From a virus: a DNA stretch of 64,000 bases. The stretch lies in the IMG/VR virus record IMGVR_UViG_3300046779_001269, positions 64,001 to 128,000 of that record. One strand, written 5' to 3'. This document shows, in pieces, positions 9,289-18,957 of the stretch. Below the pieces are notes generated by a model. It worked only from the letters and a program-made list of their open reading frames with translations, did no database searches and was not told where the DNA came from. Positions within the stretch are counted from its first letter, which is position 1; every line of letters starts with the position of its first letter. Position numbers and translations under genes: made by a program.

Positions 9289-10975
9289 AGACTGCACCAA
9301 CGATAGTTGTGAAGTCAACACCACTTCCAACAGCAACGAAATTAAGTTGAATGTAGTTAATTGAACGAGCAGGTTTAATGTAAATGTCACCAACAAATCT
9401 GTTGCTGTCTATGACTTGTGAGGTGTTATTTGTGCCATCACAGACCACTTTGAAATCGGTGATACCACGGCGACCTTGAATGTCACGCAGATATGGAGTA
9501 ATCAATGAAACGAACTGAGCACGAGTGAACTCGTCATTCAATTCAAACAATGAGTACTTGGCAGCAGTTGCAATAGCCTTTTCCAAGATGATGAACAAAC
9601 GGCGAACATTGATTCGGTCAAACGCAGATGGTTTGGTTGTGAATGTTTTGTCACCGAATAGAACGATACCTTGTCCAGGGAATGAGGCAACTGGGTTAAC
9701 ACCAGATGCATACAATGTATCTCTTTGTGAGTTGCTTGGATTCCATGCCAACTTAATTGCATTTTTGATTGCACCACGGTTGAAACCAGCTGGTGAGAAC
9801 CATGGATCACGAACTGAATCTGTGTATACACATAGACCAGCAATATCACCGTTTAATGGAATCCAACGATATACATTGTTGTACTTGTCGAATTGATATT
9901 TCCAACCAGAGTCTGCAAAAGCGTATGTTGTTTTTCTATTCAAGTTAGAAACCCAAGTTGCAATATTTGTTCCTTCGTTTCCTGGAGTATTTACCACATC
10001 ACTTTGTGCAGGTGAAATGAATGCTACACAGTCTACACGAGTTGTGGAAATGTTGTCAATGATGTACTGTTGCAACTGGTATGATGCATCACCTGTAACA
10101 ATCAATGAAATGTCAACAACATCTTTGTTTGCAAATAGAGCGTAAGCTGTTTGTTTGTTGGCCAATGTTGTTGCAACATCAACACCGTTAACCAAATCAA
10201 CAGTAACTACGGAATCTAGAGTTGCAAAAGTTGTTGATGCAAGGCCGCCCCATGTTGAAGTGGTATTAACATAGTCAACAGGATCTACTGCATAAACATA
10301 TCTTGATGAGTTAAAAATTACTTGTTTGTAGTAATTGCTTGCACCGTTCAATGTGGCGTTTGATGCCTTTGATACGAATGGATACACTTCTAGTACTGTA
10401 CCTGCTGTTCCTGTGAACAAACCATCTTGGTCGATAACAATGATGTGTAATTCATCGTTAGAACCACCTGAAGCGGTACAGAAATCTGATGTTCCTGGTG
10501 CAGCATTAAAGTAACCTTTGTATGCCCAAGTACCAAAGTCAGCAGAGTTATCGCAAACAGAAACTCTTAAAGAATTACCCATTGCACCAGGATAACGAGC
10601 CATGAAAGAACCGTTAGTGTTGGTGTTGTCTACATTCAGTAATGTGCTTTCAAATACATCTGAGTTTTTAACCAAAATTTGGCCAGATGAACTTGAGTCT
10701 GCATTTTTTGATGAACTGTTAATTGCACGAACAACTTTCAAATTGTTACCGTATGCCAAGAAATTGGCAGCGCTAAAGAATGATGTTGCTGTGTTAGAAT
10801 TTGGTTTACCAAAGGTGGATACTAAATTTACTTCACTGTCAATGTCTATAATTTTTTCTGCTGGACCCCATTGAAAAGTTCCAGCAAATGCACCGGCAGT
10901 AGTCAGAACAGAAGGAACAACGGTTGTTAGGTCTACTTCTGATACATTAACGCCTGGAGAGATTTGAAACGCCAT
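9287..10975 (-). CDS. gp18: Tail sheath protein gp18
   Basis: SPGVNVSEVDLT, PWFSPAGFNRG, FDRINVRRLF, IKPARSINYIQLNFVA. Confidence 0.99.
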   Translation of the reverse strand: MAFQISPGVNVSEVDLTTVVPSVLTTAGAFAGTFQWGPAEKIIDIDSEVNLVSTFGKPNSNTATSFFSAANFLAYGNNLKVVRAINSSSKNADSSSSGQILVKNSDVFESTLLNVDNTNTNGSFMARYPGAMGNSLRVSVCDNSADFGTWAYKGYFNAAPGTSDFCTASGGSNDELHIIVIDQDGLFTGTAGTVLEVYPFVSKASNATLNGASNYYKQVIFNSSRYVYAVDPVDYVNTTSTWGGLASTTFATLDSVVTVDLVNGVDVATTLANKQTAYALFANKDVVDISLIVTGDASYQLQQYIIDNISTTRVDCVAFISPAQSDVVNTPGNEGTNIATWVSNLNRKTTYAFADSGWKYQFDKYNNVYRWIPLNGDIAGLCVYTDSVRDPWFSPAGFNRGAIKNAIKLAWNPSNSQRDTLYASGVNPVASFPGQGIVLFGDKTFTTKPSAFDRINVRRLFIILEKAIATAAKYSLFELNDEFTRAQFVSLITPYLRDIQGRRGITDFKVVCDGTNNTSQVIDSNRFVGDIYIKPARSINYIQLNFVAVGSGVDFTTIVGAV

Positions 10976-11028
10976 TTTATTCTCCTTGAATTATTATGTG
11001 TTCTTTTGGTACTTTTATACCATAGAGA

Positions 11029-11036
11029 TATTTATG
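11029..11036 (-). promoter_or_regulatory. Late promoter variant (CATAAATA) for gp18
   Basis: TAAATA core in the gp17-gp18 intergenic gap. Confidence 0.6.
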
Positions 11037-11047
11037 AAAGGCTGGAT

Positions 11048-12751
11048 TTACAACCTGTCTAACATTTTTCTAGTGAAAGCTGCATAGGTTTCGCCGCCAT
11101 TTGCAACTTCCCACAAATCACCGTCAAGTACCTCAAAGTCGTGTTCTAATCCGTCCTCAATGATAGGTGCAGGAAGAACATCATCGTCCATCTGGTTCAT
11201 ATTTTCCAGTTGGATTTGTTTACGAATATCGTGATTAACGATTTCTTTGAAGTACTGTTGTGTGGTCAACCAACCAAAAATAACCAGTGACATTACCAAG
11301 TCATCGTTGGCACCTAGAGCCGCAGCAAAAGAGTTCTTTTGTTGTTCAAAGGTTGTCAATTCTGAATATGTATCAAAGTCATTAATCAGTAACTTGTCAC
11401 CTTCAATCAAGGTTTTTAGGTTAGAACAACCAATTGCCTTAACTTGAGGAGACATTTTCAAACCCATCTGTATACCACGGGCAAAACCTGCACTCAGTTG
11501 TTGAGGTTTCTTATTACCTGTAAATACTTTCCATAGGTTCTCATACTCAAAGTCGGCATGTAATGAGTCTGCCACTTGAGGATTGTTGTTGATTTCTACT
11601 AATACATACGCATCGTTGTAATATCTGGCTGCGTTATAGATGACGGTAGGGAAAAGAATAGGTGTGATAGACGAACTTGCGTATGTTGCCACCTGTTTAT
11701 ATGGTGTCTGTGATATATCAATAACTTGGAATGCAGAACAGTCTAGGTTCTTACCTTCAGATACGTCAACACAGATACAGTATAGGTGATCCGACTTTGC
11801 ACCATCGGTTTCTTTGACTGGGTGTTCATATATTTTCATCAAGTCGTGTGTTGCAATTGGATCACGGTACGCAATCGTTTGCAACTTGTAACCAGATACC
11901 AGAGTATTAGATGAACCCAAGAACTCTGTTTCAAATTCTTGTCTGAACTGGCGTTCACTTGTGTTACGGATTGTTTCTTCTTTCCATGCCTCATCACGAC
12001 CTGGTACCATAGACCAGTGAATCTCAAATGTTTTGTAGTTGTTCTTCTTGTTGATGGCATCCATCCATAACTTGTAAAACAGATTCATACCGTTCGGTGT
12101 AGACACGATAATAATCTTGGAAGTTTTACCAGATGAAATAACAGGGTAAACTGAGTTAAAGAATTCTTCAGCGATGTTATTTGGAACGAACGCAAATTCG
12201 TCCAAGAATACTAAGTTGAAAGAACCACCACGAACAGCGGATGATGAGGTAGAAGCAGCAACAATCTTAGAACCGTTTTCCAGTTCAACATTACCCTTGT
12301 TCCATGTGACAACACCTTGTTGCAACCACATAGGTAAGTTTTCATATGCAAGTTGGTATTTACCAAGAATGTCACGAGCAAGTGAACCCTTGTTGGCAAG
12401 AACTGCCACGTTTTGTGTATCACTGAATAGTGTCAACCAAAGAAGGTATGCAACTGAAGTGGTAGTCTTACCAACCTGACGAGGACATTTGGTGATTGAG
12501 AATCTGTTTTCATGGTAGGTGCGAATCATTTCCTTTTGAAATGGCCACATCTTAAACTTCATTAGACCTTCATCAACGTTAACAATCGTTACATAGTTCT
12601 CTGCAAAATAAATTGGATCTAATGAACACTTTCTGTATTCTTCGATTGTCTCTTTGGTCCATTCAACTTTGACGCCAACTTTTTTTAGTAAAGGATTATC
12701 TCTATACGAATCTTTGGCATCTAAAGAATAATCGTCATCATCATCAATCAT
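11048..12751 (-). CDS. gp17: Terminase large subunit gp17
   Basis: PRQVGKT Walker A, LVFLDEFAF Walker B, STPNG, nuclease motifs CVDVSEG and NDDLVM; uninterrupted. Confidence 0.99.
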   Translation of the reverse strand: MIDDDDDYSLDAKDSYRDNPLLKKVGVKVEWTKETIEEYRKCSLDPIYFAENYVTIVNVDEGLMKFKMWPFQKEMIRTYHENRFSITKCPRQVGKTTTSVAYLLWLTLFSDTQNVAVLANKGSLARDILGKYQLAYENLPMWLQQGVVTWNKGNVELENGSKIVAASTSSSAVRGGSFNLVFLDEFAFVPNNIAEEFFNSVYPVISSGKTSKIIIVSTPNGMNLFYKLWMDAINKKNNYKTFEIHWSMVPGRDEAWKEETIRNTSERQFRQEFETEFLGSSNTLVSGYKLQTIAYRDPIATHDLMKIYEHPVKETDGAKSDHLYCICVDVSEGKNLDCSAFQVIDISQTPYKQVATYASSSITPILFPTVIYNAARYYNDAYVLVEINNNPQVADSLHADFEYENLWKVFTGNKKPQQLSAGFARGIQMGLKMSPQVKAIGCSNLKTLIEGDKLLINDFDTYSELTTFEQQKNSFAAALGANDDLVMSLVIFGWLTTQQYFKEIVNHDIRKQIQLENMNQMDDDVLPAPIIEDGLEHDFEVLDGDLWEVANGGETYAAFTRKMLDRL

Positions 12752-13164
12752 TCTTTGCCTTTAAGTAACTTGTTCAGTTCTGCGGTAGAACCAACAAATA
12801 TTGCCTTATCAATTTTTGTTTCACCGCTTTGTTGTTTACCATCCATGGTACGCATTTGTTTTTGAACTGCCAGAAGTTCCTTGTTGGCATCTACTACATT
12901 CTTCATCAGTGTAGCATAAACTTCAAATGCTCTTGGGTGTTGACCTGCACTGGCAATCTGACGCAACTCTTCCATTGCATCTTTGCCATTATCTATCAAG
13001 TCTTGTAGATTGGACTTTGTTTGTTCATAGGCATCGACCAGGTCATTCTTTAGGTCTGGACCATCTACTGATGTGTCTTTAATAACAGGCACCAATGGTT
13101 TTGACTCCTGTTCAACAGGAGTAACATCAAAAAGTTTTTCCATATTCTTGTCGAATGTATTCAT
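12748..13164 (-). CDS. gp16: Terminase small subunit gp16
   Basis: HPRAFEV and IFVGSTAEL motifs; overlaps the gp17 start. Confidence 0.95.
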   Translation of the reverse strand: MNTFDKNMEKLFDVTPVEQESKPLVPVIKDTSVDGPDLKNDLVDAYEQTKSNLQDLIDNGKDAMEELRQIASAGQHPRAFEVYATLMKNVVDANKELLAVQKQMRTMDGKQQSGETKIDKAIFVGSTAELNKLLKGKE

Positions 13165-13171
13165 AGTTTTC

Positions 13172-13179
13172 TATTTATC
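13172..13179 (-). promoter_or_regulatory. Possible late promoter variant (GATAAATA) for gp16
   Basis: TAAATA core, but very close to the start codon. Confidence 0.35.
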
Positions 13180-14266
13180 AACTGTTACGGTATTTAATTA
13201 TGATACAACCGGAGCCACCGTTGCCACCATTGTATAAAGCATCACCAGATGTGATTATGACACCGCCACCACCTCCTCCGCCGTATCCGTTTGTTCCGGA
13301 TGATGCACCAAGTACATTGGACAATGAGTTGCCAATTGCGCCATAACCTCCACCACCAATACCATTAAGGCCACGAGTAGCAGAAGAATATGGAGTGGTC
13401 CTGTTTCCTCCACCGCCACCGCCACCCAGAAAATATGCTCCTGATGGATAAGTGCTAGTTACAGCATACTCACCATGCACTGAACCTGTTATGGGATTTT
13501 TATTATACCAACCTCCACCACCAACACCTGCATAACCATTTGTTCCGTCAAAATAAGCACTTATTGTACGAACATTACGACCATAGTCACCAAAATAACC
13601 ATATGCTGCTCCACCACCAGCGGAGTGATATGTGTTTGTTGCATTACCGATACCTTCTCCGCCTTGATTTGCGCCAGAAGCAGACAATGTGGAAGCTTCA
13701 TTTGATTGTGATTGTGTTGCAACATCTTGTGTAGCTAATCCTCCCAAATAAGTTCTATCTGTTGAAAATCTACCACCTGGTGCACCACCACCGTTGCCGC
13801 CAGCTAAATCATTTTGAAAATAAGAAGTGTTTGCTGGTGGACTTGTACCTAAAGTTCCGGGTCCACCTTTGCCGCCACCCAAAGCAATCATGCCAGCTAA
13901 CTTGGTGTCACCGCCATTTGTTGAGGCGTTGCCTGTTACTACATTATGGCCGAGACCTCCTTGGCCAATTTCAATTACATGTTGACCGATAGGTAATATT
14001 ACATTTGATTTGTAAAAGAAACCTCCGCCGCCGCCACCGCCACCAGCGTATGATTGTGCGCCACCGCCACCACCACCACCAACCATAAACAATTCAATTG
14101 CACTGTCGACCGTACCCAATGAATCAATCGTTAACACCGTATTGGCGGTGATTGTGTGTATCGTGTAATTGTTATAATATGTGACTGTGCCACCACTAAT
14201 CAAATTAAAGTCTGTAATGATGCCTCTAAATGTTGCACCACTAATTGATACATTTTCAATATTCAT
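13178..14266 (-). CDS. Glycine-rich putative adhesin (polyglycine type II / gp38-like)
   Basis: HT..., MVGGGGGGG, repeated GGGGG runs separated by variable loops, ends GGSGCIIIKY. Confidence 0.7.
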   Translation of the reverse strand: MNIENVSISGATFRGIITDFNLISGGTVTYYNNYTIHTITANTVLTIDSLGTVDSAIELFMVGGGGGGGAQSYAGGGGGGGGFFYKSNVILPIGQHVIEIGQGGLGHNVVTGNASTNGGDTKLAGMIALGGGKGGPGTLGTSPPANTSYFQNDLAGGNGGGAPGGRFSTDRTYLGGLATQDVATQSQSNEASTLSASGANQGGEGIGNATNTYHSAGGGAAYGYFGDYGRNVRTISAYFDGTNGYAGVGGGGWYNKNPITGSVHGEYAVTSTYPSGAYFLGGGGGGGNRTTPYSSATRGLNGIGGGGYGAIGNSLSNVLGASSGTNGYGGGGGGGVIITSGDALYNGGNGGSGCIIIKYRNS

Positions 14267-14274
14267 ATTTTAAA

Positions 14275-16203
14275 TTACCAGGTGTCGGCACTCCATTGAA
14301 TTCGTTTCCATATATTAGTGCTTCCATCATAGTTAGCAGTGCAATAATATAGGTAGTTAGTGTTGCCTGAGAATGTTCCACTCTTGTCACCAGATTGACC
14401 TATGCTTGTTGATGGAACCGATGCAAATTTAAATGCGGTTGTCTGAGTTGTGTCGTCTGGAAAAGAAACGCCAGTATTTGTAAATATCCAATCATATCCT
14501 CCGTTCAAAGAGAATAGCAAACTGCCATCACCGCTTGGGTTGAAAGTTATTTTTGAACTTGAGCCTGAACCAGTGGCACCAACAGTTAATATCATATTGT
14601 TAGATGTAACATAATTGGTTCCGAAACTGCTATACATCAATAATGAACCAGCAATGTTTGCCTCAGCAACGTTTGCTGTACCCGTAACAGTTAGTGATCC
14701 TTCGAACAAACCTGTTGTGTTTGCCAAAGCATTGTTTGCTTTGTTGAATGCTGATTGCGCTAAGGTGTCACTCACAGCAGTATATTGTCTGGTCCCATCT
14801 GGGAATAAAATGTTTGTTTGGTAGAAACCCCAGTTCTTTGATACTGGTGTAGTATCTTCCAAACGGAATACAATACCTGCACCATCGTTATCTAACAGAA
14901 TGGCGGAGTTATTACCAGAAACATCATTTTCAGATGCTATCGTGTATTGTCCGTATGATGTTAAACTAGATGAATTGAAACTTAACAGTGTGTCGCTATT
15001 GAAATCCAGGTCAAAAGTACCAGAAGAACTCAATTCAAATGAATATGATGAATTTGCAATACCTGTTGGTGTCGTATTTGCTTTATTAAACGCAGACTGT
15101 GCCAAATTATTGGCAGCATTTGCAGTTGTTCTTGCAGTAGTGTCAATCGAACTTAATGATGCTGAGTTGGCAGCATCAAATGCAGACTGTGCTAAGATGT
15201 TGGCTGCATTGGCCTGTGTGTAACCACTGGTTGCCAAAGAATCTGCAGCATTAGCCTTGGCAAACCCTGTTGTTGCCAGATTATTGGCTGCGTTTGCAAT
15301 TGACCTTGCTGTATTGTCTGTTGCATAACCAGTAAATGCGGTATTTTGTGCTGAACCATCAGTAAACATTAATTTACCGTTGGCAGCAAAGGTCCAATCA
15401 TAAAACGATGTACTAAAACCATCATCAATACTTGTTCTGATAAAAGTAGATTTGCCTTGTATTGGACTAATTAACAACGAATCTACACCACTATCTATTT
15501 TTCCGTTACCAAAAACCAAACGGTTGTTTAGAGTTAAATCGCCTGTAATTGTTCCACCAGTTTGAACATTCAATGCATTGTTGGCCAATACAAAAGATAG
15601 GTTTGCTTTATTAAATGCTTCTTGTCCAGTAGTCTGTGCAGTATTGGCCGCCAAGAATCCGGCTGTTGCAGTTGTTTGTGCAGTATTGGCTACTGATGAA
15701 CCGGCACTAGCAATATTCTGTGCGTTGTTTGCTGTTGTGAAGCCAGCCGATGCAGTTGTTTGTGCATTATTGGCTGCCAAGAATCCGGCTGTTGCAGTTG
15801 TTTGTGCTGTGTTAGCTGCCGACCAACCACTATTTGCTGTTGTGAAACCAGCCGATGCAGTAGTCTGTGCTGCATTGGCTGCCGACCAACCACTATTGGC
15901 AGAAACAAATGCAGCGGTAGCTGTACTCTGCGCTGTGTTGGCTGCTGACCAACCATTATTGGCAGCCGTAAAAACAATTCCAATACTTGTGTTTTGACCT
16001 GAATTGACAGCAGCAATGAATTGTGAGTTTGACAAAAGTTCTGCGGTATGTAAAGTGATACTTGAATTAGCTTTATCGAAAGCTGATTGTGAAATATCGT
16101 ATACTTCGGTAAAATTAGAATTTACTTTAACTGCTGCGGCTCTTAATGTATCACCTGTTCCATCATTGGCTACAGTACCAACATTGATTACTTGTTTTGT
16201 CAT
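14275..16203 (-). CDS. Fibre protein with T4 gp10/gp9-like N-terminus
   Basis: N-term KQVINVGTVANDGTGDTLR..KVNSNF.EVY; Ala/Asn 14-residue repeats; three F(P/T)DxxxQxTA motifs; C-term YLYYC..YDG..NIWKR. Confidence 0.75.
   Translation of the reverse strand: MTKQVINVGTVANDGTGDTLRAAAVKVNSNFTEVYDISQSAFDKANSSITLHTAELLSNSQFIAAVNSGQNTSIGIVFTAANNGWSAANTAQSTATAAFVSANSGWSAANAAQTTASAGFTTANSGWSAANTAQTTATAGFLAANNAQTTASAGFTTANNAQNIASAGSSVANTAQTTATAGFLAANTAQTTGQEAFNKANLSFVLANNALNVQTGGTITGDLTLNNRLVFGNGKIDSGVDSLLISPIQGKSTFIRTSIDDGFSTSFYDWTFAANGKLMFTDGSAQNTAFTGYATDNTARSIANAANNLATTGFAKANAADSLATSGYTQANAANILAQSAFDAANSASLSSIDTTARTTANAANNLAQSAFNKANTTPTGIANSSYSFELSSSGTFDLDFNSDTLLSFNSSSLTSYGQYTIASENDVSGNNSAILLDNDGAGIVFRLEDTTPVSKNWGFYQTNILFPDGTRQYTAVSDTLAQSAFNKANNALANTTGLFEGSLTVTGTANVAEANIAGSLLMYSSFGTNYVTSNNMILTVGATGSGSSSKITFNPSGDGSLLFSLNGGYDWIFTNTGVSFPDDTTQTTAFKFASVPSTSIGQSGDKSGTFSGNTNYLYYCTANYDGSTNIWKRIQWSADTW
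15215..15291. repeat. 77-bp exact direct repeat, copy 1 (copy 2 at 44245-44321)
   Basis: tgtgtgtaaccactggttgccaaagaatctgcagcattagccttggcaaaccctgttgttgccagattattggctgc read identically at both loci. Confidence 0.85.
15620..15970. repeat. Degenerate 42-bp coding tandem repeat (AAN[TNA]AQTTA.AGF / GWSAAN)
   Basis: 14-codon period; gccaagaatccggctgttgcagttgtttgtgc recurs 126 bp apart. Confidence 0.8.
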
Positions 16204-16204
16204 T

Positions 16205-17239
16205 TTATGTATTCTCTGTTATCGTTGTGGATGGTGTATTAACCTTGTCCATTGTTATTGAAGTGTTTGAACTATCCATTTTGTATTCGGTATCATCTAA
16301 TTTTACCACAGGAAGACTACTTGCAAAAACATCAATTTGAGCATATTTATGTGGAGTCATACTGTGTGATGTATAAAGATAATTTGCTTCAGTATTTAAA
16401 CCATATATTGGTAAAGTCGATACAAAATTACCTTCTATATTTGTCAAATATAATTTCTTATTTGACCAATCAAGAACTTTACCGGTTGCTGTCGCTGTGT
16501 TGACTGAATATCCTTGATACACCGTCTCACCTATTTGATAATCTCCTGCACCAGTTGTCGTATCAATATTAAAGATTGCAACATCTTCTTCGGTAATTTT
16601 GTTATAGATTGATGTGATTGAATGTTCAATCAATGATGTTTCTGTTCTCTTACCGTAGATGAAACCTTTGACTGTAAAGTTTAATGTCCAGATAATTGTT
16701 CTTGTTTCAGAATCTCTTGTGCCTTCAAACACAATATCACTGGAAGTTGAATTCAAAACAACAGGTACCTCTTTAACTATTCCCATTTCTGGAACAAGGT
16801 TTAATTTTATGGTATAATCTGGTGTGAAATATGGTAAGATGTGTTCGATGATTTGTGTACCATCTTCTATGTTACGAACATAAATGTACAGATTGAAATC
16901 AAAATTATATGGTACAGGATTGTATTGTGATAACACTGCACCATCACTTCCTCTTGCAAAGTTCTTTGTGTTGGTGTTTTGTTTTCTGGAATTATCATAA
17001 GATAGACCAGACATTTCAAAAGACATTCTTGGTAAAGTCAATTGAACTTTTTTGTCTAAGTTGTAATCTTCTTCTAAACGGCGAACATACAATTCTTTAT
17101 CTGCATAAACGATAGGTACAATTAGTCGTTCAGCCTCAGTCAAGTCCTTGTTGTATCTGACCAAAGTTATATTGTTGAATAGGTTACCAAAACCTACCAC
17201 AATTTTTCGTATGATTCTATTATACTGTATCGCTGCCAT
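16205..17239 (-). CDS. gp15: Tail sheath stabiliser/terminator gp15, with C-terminal extension
   Basis: FGNLFNNI, TLPRMSFEM, PVPYN..F.L, QIIEHILPYFTP, IWTLNFTVKG. Confidence 0.96.
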   Translation of the reverse strand: MAAIQYNRIIRKIVVGFGNLFNNITLVRYNKDLTEAERLIVPIVYADKELYVRRLEEDYNLDKKVQLTLPRMSFEMSGLSYDNSRKQNTNTKNFARGSDGAVLSQYNPVPYNFDFNLYIYVRNIEDGTQIIEHILPYFTPDYTIKLNLVPEMGIVKEVPVVLNSTSSDIVFEGTRDSETRTIIWTLNFTVKGFIYGKRTETSLIEHSITSIYNKITEEDVAIFNIDTTTGAGDYQIGETVYQGYSVNTATATGKVLDWSNKKLYLTNIEGNFVSTLPIYGLNTEANYLYTSHSMTPHKYAQIDVFASSLPVVKLDDTEYKMDSSNTSITMDKVNTPSTTITENT

Positions 17240-18126
17240 TAGATACTTCCAAACGGATTAATTTCGGTGAAATCAATGATTGATGCACCTTGTTGTTCTA
17301 TGTATTGATTGTCGTAACTATCAGTTCTAACATTATCTTTTTGTGGATCGAAAGTTACCAATGAATACCTTGCGTTACTTGTTTCACCAATAATCAAACG
17401 AGTATTGGAGAATTCACCTGCAATGTTGGTGATTGTCATTGAGTTGGCTGAAGGTGTCCATGTCTGTACAATGGCAACAGCAGATGCATTTGCAAGTGTA
17501 TTGTCTGAGGACTGGAACACAGTTTCTCTAATCAAATATGTTCCGTTGCCTGTCACATGATTAACTTCCAAGTCGATTGTGTATGCGTTGTCTGAAACAA
17601 CTTGGTCAATATCTTGGATGCCTGTGTCAATAACTTCATGTGAGTATTTGAATTTCTCTAGTTCCAATTCATAGAAGAATGGAATCTTACGACCTAACAT
17701 ATTGAAGTCTTTGTTCTGGTCTGCAAATTTGATTTCAAACAGTTCACCGACACCATTCATAAACGGTACATAAATCAAATCACCTTCACGAGGTCTAGTG
17801 AATGTATTTTGTGGTACTCTTTGTGAGAAAGAACGCTTTGATAGAATGACATTAATGTTGTTCTTAATCTCCAGACCAAACTTGGAGAAGAATTCTTTTT
17901 CACCCATATACTCCAGTGAACTGGATAGGTAAAATTCCACAGGGAATGCTGACTGAAACTTCTTAACTGGATCTTCACCGTACAATATATCACGAGCTTC
18001 ATCGTTGTTGTTTGGAAGGTAATAGGCATCAAAACCCATTATCTTAATGGATTCAACGATTAAGTCCTCAACGATTCTTTGTTCGTTGAGTGCGTTGTAA
18101 TTGTTAAAGTACTGTGAGGTTGCCAT
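17239..18126 (-). CDS. gp14: Neck protein gp14
   Basis: DLIVESIKIMG, GEDP..KF, FSKFGLEI, RPREGDLIY.P, ends FTEINPFG. Confidence 0.96.
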   Translation of the reverse strand: MATSQYFNNYNALNEQRIVEDLIVESIKIMGFDAYYLPNNNDEARDILYGEDPVKKFQSAFPVEFYLSSSLEYMGEKEFFSKFGLEIKNNINVILSKRSFSQRVPQNTFTRPREGDLIYVPFMNGVGELFEIKFADQNKDFNMLGRKIPFFYELELEKFKYSHEVIDTGIQDIDQVVSDNAYTIDLEVNHVTGNGTYLIRETVFQSSDNTLANASAVAIVQTWTPSANSMTITNIAGEFSNTRLIIGETSNARYSLVTFDPQKDNVRTDSYDNQYIEQQGASIIDFTEINPFGSI

Positions 18127-18127
18127 C

Positions 18128-18901
18128 TTAGTTCATAAACCATTCTAATGGACCACCGTGGTTGGTAATCATATCTTCTTCTAGGCGTCTAATATCTTCT
18201 ACTGCCTCATCAAAAGTCTTATCACCATTTAGTGTGACACCACCGGGTAACTGTATGCCACCAAACTTTTTAAGGTTGGTACCCCATTGTTTCTTAATTA
18301 GAGCTGTTGCATATTCTTTCAACCAACGGTCATTCCATACATTACCATAAACAGTTGGATCAATAATTGCATAACATTCTGCTATGACAACTGAACCCTT
18401 TGGTGCTTGAGAATAACCCCATGCCCAATCAATGTATAGTCTTTGCATATGTCTTTGAAAACGAATTGGAATTTCACCAGAAAACATCAATTCCAAAGAA
18501 CGCAAGTGTTGTTGTGTCAGTGTGTAGTTGATGTAAGATGCGGATGTAAAGTCATAAAGTTCGTTCAAACGCAACTGGTATCTCAAATCAAACATGTTAA
18601 CCTGAGACAATGAATCTGTGATAGGAAATATTCTGGTCACACCAGTAATTTGCAGTGTATTATTGGACGAATCTCTGGCCTCTGTCAAGTCCAAATATTT
18701 TCTTTGAATGTCTGTTTCATCAATTCTTTTGATGTAATAAACTTTTTGTAGACCGTCAAAATGATAATCTTGCCAATATTGAAGTGCATCATCAATACGG
18801 TCTTCTACCTGGTCATCGTCTACGTTGATATCAATGACAGGGAAACCAAGTCTTTTTAGGCAATAATTCTTGAAGGCGGCTCTATCTGTAATTGTAGCCA
18901 T
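18128..18901 (-). CDS. gp13: Neck protein gp13
   Basis: YCLKRLGFPVIDINVDDDQVEDRIDDALQY, WLKEYATALIKKQWGTNL.KF.G.QLPGGVTLNG. Confidence 0.98.
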   Translation of the reverse strand: MATITDRAAFKNYCLKRLGFPVIDINVDDDQVEDRIDDALQYWQDYHFDGLQKVYYIKRIDETDIQRKYLDLTEARDSSNNTLQITGVTRIFPITDSLSQVNMFDLRYQLRLNELYDFTSASYINYTLTQQHLRSLELMFSGEIPIRFQRHMQRLYIDWAWGYSQAPKGSVVIAECYAIIDPTVYGNVWNDRWLKEYATALIKKQWGTNLKKFGGIQLPGGVTLNGDKTFDEAVEDIRRLEEDMITNHGGPLEWFMN

Positions 18902-18924
18902 TACTAAAACTCCTTATAATAAGG

Positions 18925-18932
18925 TATTTAGT
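18925..18932 (-). promoter_or_regulatory. Late promoter variant (ACTAAATA) for gp13
   Basis: TAAATA core upstream of an AGGAG RBS. Confidence 0.6.
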
Positions 18933-18957
18933 TTACGACCATTCCAATATAGTTAAC

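Noticed and set aside
1947-12751. Introns, inteins or homing endonucleases in gp17, gp18, gp20 or gp23
   Set aside because: All are continuous and of ordinary length; no HNH, GIY-YIG or intein motifs were seen
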